A DNA stretch of 44,189 nucleotides from Octopus bimaculoides. Its lineage: Eukaryota. The translations under genes were made by a program, and so were the position numbers. The DNA lies in NCBI RefSeq assembly GCF_001194135.2, contig NC_068981.1:57865469-57909657 (forward strand), written 5' to 3'. Each line of letters opens with the position of its first letter. Positions within the stretch are counted from its first letter, which is position 1. The notes below the pieces were generated by a model. The model was not told the DNA's origin. It did not search any database and saw only the letters and a program-made list of their open reading frames with translations. This document shows positions 35,192 through 44,189 of this stretch, piece by piece.

Positions 35192-35699
35192 CTCAAATTT
35201 AGCTATTTCAACATGCAATGCTTGCTGAAACAACTTCCCCTCATTATTGAATGTATGACCCCAAATTTGAACCCAGGAAAAAGCAACTCAAAATAAGGAG
35301 AGTGCAAAGAGGTGGACATTAATCCCACTTTAGTGTTAGTTGTTGTTCATAACATGGAATTTATTCTGATGGAAATGGGAATAATAAACAAAAAAGAATT
35401 GACAACAGCTACAAGCATTATTTAAATTTCATTTCTCATGAAACATGCTGGAATTATATAGAACAGTATTTGTTTAGGATAATTCCCGGATGTTTCTTAT
35501 TGTAATACTCCACAAATACTATTGTTTTGTTTTTCCTAATAATCCAATTCATATAAACAATTGCTCTTTTGTTATATCGCAATACTACACAGTGGCAGTG
35601 TGAGCTATGAAATCCTCGTCACTACTGTTATATCGCACATTCGGATGACCTCTACTCAACTACTGCAACGTCTAGACTTCTCTCTATATATCTACATAT

Positions 35700-35952
35700 T
35701 GGGCTGGCTTGTGCGGGTGGCACATAAAAGACACCATTTCGAGCGTGGCCGTTGCCAGTATCGCCTGACTGGCCTTCGTGCAGGTGACACGTAAAAGCAC
35801 CTACTACACTCTCTGAGTGGTTGGCGTTAGGAAGCGCATCCAGCTGTAGAAACTCTGCCAAATTTAGATTGGAGCCTGGTGTTGCCATCCGGTTTCACCA
35901 GTCCTCAGTCAAGTCATCCAACCCATGCTACTATGGAAAGCGGACGTTAAAC

Positions 35953-35985
<33 letters not shown>
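35700..35985 (+). mobile_element. Family B RTE-tail SINE-like element, well conserved
   Basis: gtggcacataaaagacaccatttcgagcgtggcc...ggttggcgttaggaagcgcatccagctgtagaaac...ggaaagcggacgttaaac(gat)n. Confidence 0.85.
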
Positions 35986-35986
<1 letters not shown>

Positions 35987-36309
35987 GGCTAGCCTACTTC
36001 ATCATCTGGGGGCGTCGACACAACACCTTTTTAAATACTGAAGTGGCTTTTGTAAAAGAAATTATGTATTAATTCATTTGTACTTAGTCAAGCCTTTTTA
36101 CATTCTAAGTTCAAATTATGCAAAATGATATATAAGTGTAAACCACACACCTTTGTTGCTCCTATGGATATTACCCTGAAATTTAGTTCATTTCAATATG
36201 TTTACCCCTAAAATGAGAGTGAGCTCTTATTAGTGAATACATTCCGCAGATGTTTGACTCTTGAAAATGGAGATTCAAAAATAAGAGTATGCAAAGGATC
36301 TTTTTTTTT

Positions 36310-36501
36310 TAATTTTTAACTTGTTTCAGTCTCTGGACTGCAGCTGTGCTGGGGGAACTGCTTGGAAGGGTCATTAATTGAATGAATCAACTCCAATGCT
36401 TATATTATAAGCCAGGTACTGCTAATTTACAGGGATGTAAACAAACCATACCAGTTGTCAAGTGGTAGTAGGTAACACACACACACACACGCACAAACAC
36501 A

Positions 36502-36548
<47 letters not shown>

Positions 36549-36718
36549 ACACACATACACACATGCACACGTGGATGCACACACACGAGAGGCTTCTTTC
36601 AGTTTCTCCCTACCAAATCCACAAGGCTTTGGTTGATCTGAGGTTATAGCAAAAGACACTTGCCCAAGGTGCACACAGTAGTTGGGAAGCAAACCTCTTA
36701 CCATACAGCCACACCTGC
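36310..36718 (-). mobile_element. Complete diverged SINE family A with internal (CA)n
   Basis: Tail 36310-36475, microsatellite 36475-36585, head 36586-36718. Same architecture as 2655-3085. Confidence 0.75.
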
Positions 36719-37009
36719 ATCTGTCATTATTCCAACTTCAGTGCTAATTGTTGTTGTTGTTGTTACTGCTGCTATTTTAGTTCTTAGTTAGCTCTGATTG
36801 AGAAGACTTTTGACAAAAATATTACAAACATGACCATCCTGTCATTTTAGAATCTACATTATCCAATACGTCCTTTCTTTTTTTAAGATGGTAGAGAGTG
36901 ATTTGAGAGAGGTTGTGGGACCGTGAAGATTCTCTCTAATTTTATGGGTAAGCTTCAGGTATCTGAATAATGAATGTTCTTGGCCACTGCTCTTCCTCTT
37001 GCACATCAT

Positions 37010-37500
37010 TATCATCATCATCATTTTAACTTCCACTTTTCCATGCTTGCATGGTTTGGATAGAATTTGTTAAGGAAAATTTTCTGTGGCCAGATGCCCT
37101 TCCTGTCACCAACCTTTACCTGTTTCCAACTAGGATAATGTTTCCCCTTCACCTGACATGTTTTCACAGAAGACTGGTTATAACAGACATCCTTTGCATG
37201 ATGGTGATACTCACAAGTACTACACAATGTCAAGGCAAGGAGACAGTAACACACAAACACATTTGCACACATGCATGCACACATACATACATGCATACAT
37301 ACATGCATACATACATACATACATACATACATACATACATACATACATACATACATACATACATACATACATCAATATCATTCAACATCCTTTTTCCATG
37401 CTGGTATGAGTTAGATGGTTTGACAAGAGCCAGAGGACTCTGCTAGTTTCTGTGTCTGCACTGGCATGATTTCTACAACTGGATGCCCTTCCTAATACCA
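37010..37500 (-). mobile_element. Two family B SINE-like copies separated by (ACAT)n
   Basis: atcatcatcattttaacttccacttttccatgc...gatgcccttcct at 37010-37110 and 37375-37500. Further - copies at 38155-38400 and 41225-41400. Confidence 0.7.
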
Positions 37501-37539
37501 ATCATGTGTGTGTGTATTGTGTGTTTGTATATATATACA

Positions 37540-37600
<61 letters not shown>

Positions 37601-37926
37601 NNNNNNNNNNNNNNNNNNNNNNNNNNNNNNNNNNNNNNNNNNNNNNNNNNNNNNNNNNNNNNNNNNNNNNNNNNNNNNNNNNNNNNNNNNNNNNNNNNNN
37701 NNNNNNNNNNNNNNNNNNNNNNNNNNNNNNNNNNNNNNNNNNNNNNNNNNNNNNNNNNNNNNNNNNNNNNNNNNNNNNNNNNNNNNNNNNNNNNNNNNNN
37801 NNNNNNNNNNNNNNGATTACAGAGATCTACTTGCATAGCAAGTGACCTGTTGTGAGATCGTATGCTGAAGCAAAAACAACTGCAGCATGGAAGCTGTTTA
37901 TAAGTCATTTAAAAACACACAAAAAC

Positions 37927-37958
<32 letters not shown>

Positions 37959-39119
37959 TTGAAAAAATGAGTAGCGATGGCTTTTTTGAGGATAATTTTT
38001 ATTTTAATAATGTTTACAGTAAGTAACTCATAGTAACTTACTGTAAACATGATTATTAAAATTAAAATTATCCTCAAAAAGCCATCAGTACTGATTTTTT
38101 TTCAAATATAGTATACTGTAGCAAGAACTTTCTTTTTATTATTCTACTATATATAACATCATCATCATCATTGTTTAACATCCATTTTCCAATGCTGGCA
38201 TGGGTTGGATGGTTTGACCAGGGCTGGCAAGCTGGAAGGCTGCACCAGACACCAGTCTGATTTGACATGGTTTCTGTAGCTAACACCAACCACAATGAGA
38301 GTGTAATGGGTGTTTTACATGCCACCAGCATGGAGGCCATTTGCATGACACCGGTATCTACCACAACAATGCCAACCACTCCAAGAGTGTAATGGGTATT
38401 TTTTGATGCATATTGATGCTTTTGTTTTTATTGGTGTTATGAGATAGAAAATTGATTCTATCTTATAAAAATGTTAGCATGTTAAGGTTAAAAATAATCT
38501 CATTTAGTTTGCCTGTAGGAATTTAAATAGATTGAGACATCAAGTTTTTTTATAGCATTGACTAAACGTTAGTTATGAATGTTAGATTACTTTGTTATGC
38601 ATACATATATGGAAATGAAAGTGGTAATAAGAGCTATTCATAACATGCAGGCTAGACTAGTACAATTGCAAAATAAATGGATGCCTTGCCAGAATAACAA
38701 AGGCAGGTAGGATATTGAAGCCAGAGAGATTTATCAGATTGAAGGGAAATGGTAGCGAGACTAAAACACTGATATACAGAGAGCAGGAAATAGCTGCATA
38801 ATGGAAGCTGTTGTAGTAAATATAGAATAGAGCCAGTTATATTGTGTCCTGCAGTGGTCTGTGTATAGCATACTTCCATCCTTGATCAATTTCAAATGGT
38901 GTGGGTGGAGCAATATCAATAACTTCCATTAGAATGAAGGTTATGCAAAACTGTTCTGGCAATAATACAAGTCATCTTTGGAACAATATCCATGGCTGCA
39001 CAACAAAGTCCTGAGCATCCTTGCTTATTCCATTGAAACAACAATACAACATCGTCAATGTGAGAAGAATTGAGAATTGATACCAATTTGTATTCTATGA
39101 TTTTTCACATTTGATGCTT

Positions 39120-40735
39120 CTTATGTCCAACATTTCTCTCGGGCTGCTTACACTCTGTTGTGTGTGCACACTGACATTACACATCCAATGGATCATACTA
39201 GCTTCATTTCCTTCAAATCTACGCATGTCTTCAGCAGTCACGGCCCATGTTTCACTGCCGTGTAGCATGGCAGTTCACACACATGCATCATACAATCTAC
39301 CTTTCACTCTGAGCGAGAGGCTTTTGTCACCAATAGAGGTAGGAGTTTTCTGAACTTTGCCCAGGATATTCTTATTCTAGCTACACTCTCAGAGCAACCA
39401 CCTCTGCTACTGACTTGGTCACCTAGGTAGCGGAAGCTATCAACTACTTCTAGTTTCTCCCCTGGCATGTGATGGAATCAGTTTTCTGGGCATCTACAGT
39501 GTATATTACCCCTGTGTATCTGCCACACACAAAAGCTATCTTCCCGGTTAACCTTCCTTTGATGTTGCTGCACCTCTTATGCATCCATGGCTTACACTAA
39601 GTACATCTTATGGAGTTTCTACCTACACCTACTCTACAGATCAAGCAGGGCCATCTACCTGAAGTGGGGTTTATGATATGTTTGTCTTCCTACTTACTAG
39701 GACTTTGGTTTTTGCAACATTGACTCTAAGGCTCTTCGATTCTAAACCTTGCTTCCACACTTGAAATTTCTTCTCTAGTTCTGGTAGTGATTCTGCTATA
39801 AGAGCAAGGTCNNNNNNNNNNTTTCTTCTCTAGTTCTGGTAGTGATTCTGCTATAAGAGCAAGGTCATCAGCATAGAGGAGCTCCCAGGGGCAGCCTTGT
39901 CTTGAATTCCTCTTATTGTCTGGAGGACTATGATGAATAAGGGGGTGTTGAGAGCTGATCCTTGGTGGACCCCTACTTTTACCCGGAATTCTTCACTATA
40001 CTTATTGCCAACCCTTACCTTACTAACAGCATCCCTGTACAGGGCCTCTATAGCTCTTATTAACCATTTGTCAATCCCCAGGGATTGGGAGACCTTGTCA
40101 AAAACTTTCTCCAAGTCAACAAAAGCCAAGTATAGGGGTTTATCTTTGGCCAGGTATTTCATACCAGAAATGTAGCATCAGTAGTGCTTCTACCTGGCAC
40201 AATACCAAACTGCATCTCATCTAAGCAGACCCTCTCATAATTAGTTGGGCTATGACCCTCTCCGTGACCTTCATCACCTGATCCAGCAGTTTGATACCCC
40301 TGTAGTTATTTCTATCTAAAGCATCACCTTTACCTTTGTAGCAGTTGACTATGGTGCTGCTACACCAGTCATTGGGTATGACTTCTTCGTGAACTACCTG
40401 GTTTACAGTACGGGTGACTAAGCCATGACCCACACCATCAGATATTTTAAGCATCTCTGCAGTGATTCCTGATGGGCCGGGGGCTTTTCCTGACTTCATA
40501 TCCTTAATTGCTTTATCTACCAGAGTGCTGTCTATTTGGATAGCTAGTCCCTCTACTGGATCAACATTTGGCAGGCTCTCCTCCACCTCCCATTCATTTT
40601 CTACATCCAGCAGCCTTACATAATGGCTTCTCCAAGACTCTTTCTTTTCAGAATCATTAAAAGCAAGTGCACCATCATCCATGCAGACACATTTCTCTCC
40701 TGTGAAATCACAATTTTCTCTCACACACTGTCTTA
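39120..40735 (-). mobile_element. RTE LINE reverse transcriptase region, ~1.6 kb, moderately degenerate
   Basis: ORF 40221..40724 (KAIKDMKSGKAPGPSGI...NYRGIKLLDQVMKV), ORF 39851..40162 (LYLAFVDLEKVFDKV...VGVHQGSAL), LYADDL at ~39865-39880, LEVVDSFRYLGD at ~39420-39455, GSETWAV at ~39240-39265. Confidence 0.92.
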
Positions 40736-41785
40736 CAATCTGAAATACTTCAGTTCTTTGGCCCTCATGAAAATTACTTCATACAGTTTTTAAAAAGATT
40801 TTTTGTTTAATTATTTTTTAAAAAGAGATGTAAATTTTTTATTAGAGTATCACTAACCTTTTTTGGAAGATGTTTCTGTCTAGTGTGTGAGAGTACTTTC
40901 GATTATCTTTTCAGATGCACTTGTTATTGGATAATGTATATATGGTCANNNNNNNNNNNNNNNNNNNNNNNNNNNNNNNNNNNNNNNNNNNNNNNNNNNN
41001 NNNNNNNNNNNNNNNNNNNNNNNNNNNNNNNNNNNNNNNNNNNNNNNCTATATGTGTGTGCCTTTGTGTCTATGTTCGTCCCCCCATCCTCATAACTTAG
41101 CACTTTGGCAAAAGAGACTGGTAGTATAAGTACTAGGCTTTAAAAAATAAATCCTGTGGTTGATTTGTTCAACTAAAACCCTTTGAGGTGGTGCTCCAGC
41201 ATGGCAGCAGTTTGACTGAAAACTGCTAAGCCAAGGGGCTGCACCAGGTTGCAATTTGATTTGGCAAAGTTTCTATAGCTGGATGCCCTTCCTAATGCCA
41301 ACCACTCCAAGAATGTAGTGGGTGATTTTAACATGTCACTGGCACGGGTGCCATTCACCTGACACCAGCATCAGCTACAACTACGGTCTCACTTGGCTTG
41401 ACAAGTCTACATAAGCTCAGTGTATCACCAACAGTATATCACCTGTCACTGCCTCCATGAGACCCAATGCTCAAACAGTGCTTTTAATGTGTCACCAGCA
41501 TGGGTACCAGTCAGACGGCACTGGCATTGGCCACATCTATCATTTCACTTAGCTCAACAGGTCTTCACAAGCACAGTATATCACCCAACGATTGAAGGGT
41601 GCTTTTAATGAGCCAGTTATACAACACTGCACAAGATAAATCACAAAAATTAGCTGGGTAAGCATTTTATAGTGTTAAAAATATAAATTCTAAATAATTT
41701 TTATACCTTACCATAAACAAGTATATTCTGTTTTCAGTACTTCCACTATATTCTAGATGAAACGAAGGCATGTGTAAAGTTTTCC

Positions 41786-42746
41786 AAATATTTGTTTCAT
41801 GAAACAACAAAATGGAAGAAAGTAAACAAGCAAAGTAACAATTTGAGTATTTATGTAGTGAAAATATAGTTCAACTGAAAATTTAGCTTTTGCAAAACTT
41901 TTTTCTCCCTGCACCATTATCAGAGTATTAGTTAAACAGAATTATTTTTGTGAGGGTACATGGCCTTCTGGTTAGGGTGTTGCACTCATGAATGCATGAT
42001 TGTGGTTTGAATTACTGGCCATGTGGTATGTTGTGATCTCACATTGATCGGCAATCAGCTCGACATCTGATGTGTGGCATACAGTACACCTGAGCTGGCA
42101 GAAACGTTAGCACGGCGGGCGAAATGCTTAGCGGTATTTCGTCTGCCGCTACGTTCTGCGTTCAAATTCCACTGAGGTCGACTTTGTCTTTCATCCTTTT
42201 GGGGTTGATTAAATAAGTACCAGTTATGCACTGGGGTCGATACAATCGACTTAATCCGTTTGTCTGTCCTTGTTTGTCCCCTCTGTGTGTAGCCCCTTGT
42301 GGGTAGTAAAGGAATAACACAGCACACCTGATCAGGAAACACAAATTTGATAAAGGTAATGAGCTAATGTACAGCACACATATTTGATAAACAAATTATT
42401 TGTGCAAGTTATTCAGCAAGAAATTGCAAACCTGTCTTTTTTTGAACTATGAGAGACTATCATCATAAGAGACTACTGGCTGATTGCTGAGCAATGTGAG
42501 ATGTAGTGTTTTGATCAAGATCACAACATACCACATGGCCAGTAATTCAAACCACAATCTTGTGATCACAAGTGCAACACCTTAACTACAAGGCCTCACA
42601 TAAAAATAATTCTGTTTAATACTCTGATAATGGACCTGGAGAAAAAGTTTTAGAAAAGCTAAATTTTCAGTTGAACTATATTTTCACTATATAAATACTC
42701 TAATTGTTGCTTTGCTTGTTTACCTTCTTTCATGAAACAAATATTT
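41786..42746. repeat. ~960-bp foldback with ~270-bp inverted arms
   Basis: 41786-~42062 is complementary to ~42477-42746, including a 30-bp perfect stretch tagtgaaaatatagttcaactgaaaattta / taaattttcagttgaactatattttcacta. Confidence 0.9.
42092..42316 (+). mobile_element. Young SINE family C with probable target-site duplication
   Basis: gagctggcagaaacgttagc...gttcaaattccactgaggtcgactttgtctttcatccttttggggttgattaaataagtacc...gtagtaaaggaata, flanked by acagtacacctga (42081-42093) and acagcacacctga (42319-42331). Confidence 0.85.
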
Positions 42747-43985
42747 CATTGTGCTAGTACAAAAAAATTTGGAATAAATTCTAATTTTCAAAAAATAAAT
42801 TTTTAATAAATTTAAATAAGATTCAGTAAAACTAAGCAAAATTATCATATGTATGTTTGCAATAAATATGTTCAACCCATGTCAGCAAGGAAAGCAGACA
42901 TTAAATGATGATGATGATGATGTTATCAATAAATTCAATGATATGATGGTGATAGTCTTTCATAGTTCAAAAAAGACAATTTCTTGCAGAACAGCCTGCA
43001 CAAATGATTTGTTTATGGTGATCAAATGTTTGTCCCTTTATCAAATTAGTGTTGCCTGAACAGGTTATGTAAATATTACATAACATCAAAATCTCCCCTT
43101 CGATCCACCAATACTCCGTTCATAATCTACCCTTTCTAATTAAGTTAGACGTTCTTAAAAGCTGGGTCAAGGGTATCTTAGATATACTGTGTTTTTCCCT
43201 CTCTCTCTTTACCATCACTTTCTGTTCTCCTTATTTTCTCTCCTGCTCCTACTCCTGTTGCTCCACCTACTCTCACACCTTCTTCTCTTCCTTCTTCTTG
43301 CTGTTCTATTTTGGCTTCTGTTTTGATGTTTTTACTTGGCCAAATGTAGCGTATTTAATTTCTTCCATTTTTTCATTAATCTTTATTCAATCAAACCTAG
43401 TCACATGCTCTCTGGAGCTATGAACTAGTGGTGATAGGATGAATGCAGTGGTACAACAGCTGCGGTGGCAGAACAAATAAAGTGGTTGGCCAAGTATGGT
43501 GGTGAGACAAGTTTGGTTATAGAACCAATAAGTCATTGACCAAGTTCCTCAGTCTTTACAAATGCAATTATATTCACTATTTATCCCTTCACCACAAACA
43601 CACACTGAACTTTGTCCTTTGCACTCATTGGCAACACGCACAAAAACAGAAAAAGTGAATCTGTTAATCTTTTTTTCTAATAGAAAATTTAATCCCATTT
43701 CATGCGTTTACCCCTCCCTCTGCAGCCTGACATAGTCATCATATACTCTGAATACAATTTAAATGCTTTAGTTGAACAAGTTCTTTTCTTTGAGATGAAA
43801 GGTCAATCTCAAAACGAATTCATCTTCTCTCTTTGGCATATAACCTTAACCAGACTCATGAACATTCACTATTTTCCCTAGTTTTCTCACCATTCACTAC
43901 TGTTTCTTTCCCCATCTATCACCCATTCCTCTTTTTGAACGAGGTATGCCATAATTTCAATTCTCCTCCTACTCCTACTCAACAG

Positions 43986-44020
<35 letters not shown>

Positions 44021-44189
44021 CACACTCATACACACATGCAAAGGAAGATAAAAAAATAAAATCTATGGAGATGAGTAGAGGTCTATATTGGCAAAAACCA
44101 TATTTGTTTTGCAACTAAGACCAAAGAAAAGCCTTTTATCAAACCCCTTAAAGAATGTCACAGTCTGAAATGCCAGAAACTCTTCCCCA

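Larger units (their letters stand above)
8633..41047. other. Assembly gaps (N runs)
   Basis: N at 8633-8732, 18533-19309, 23878-23952, 33617-34264, 37601-37815, 39812-39821 and ~40949-41047. Most are adjacent to microsatellites or repeats. ORFs spanning them are artefacts. Confidence 0.95.

Noticed and set aside
39767-39866. Exact 45-bp duplication on both sides of a 10-N gap inside the RTE RT
   Set aside because: Typical unmerged contig overlap; assembly artefact, not a biological duplication.
40855-40930. Possible small exon on either strand near the gap (AAG|gttagt donor on minus; ttttcag|ATG on plus)
   Set aside because: The partner splice site is weak or missing and the peptides are uninformative.
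1-44189. tRNA genes suggested by A/B-box motifs
   Set aside because: All such motifs are SINE heads, and I could not build a cloverleaf with acceptor stem and anticodon arm.

Overview
AT-rich, microsatellite-dense animal genomic DNA from a draft assembly with seven N gaps. The SINE/RTE repeat repertoire and (GAT)n tails suggest an Octopus species (inference from recalled repeat families). One complete gene is supported: a six-exon, + strand LCAT/group XV lysosomal phospholipase A2 (PLA2G15-like) gene, CDS 3444..18082. I reassembled it by hand into 1206 nt / 401 aa, with canonical GT-AG junctions, consistent phases, a signal peptide and an intact Ser-Asp-His triad. The rest is a transposon landscape: several degenerate RTE LINEs, a CRE-type RLE retrotransposon relic, a CR1/L2-like RT relic, a TA-flanked mariner derivative nested in an RTE, a Helitron-like element nested in a SINE, MITE-like foldbacks and at least four SINE-like families. 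I found no convincing new multi-gene system. The best leads are a 28-bp hairpin with no unpaired position inside a 153-bp nested palindrome (29198-29350), a PHD-pattern zinc finger inside an RTE reverse transcriptase, a ~960-bp foldback (41786-42746), and an identical 159-bp direct repeat that may carry a terminal exon of an unannotated second gene. All alignments and translations were done by eye. Repeat boundaries are approximate unless stated as exact.
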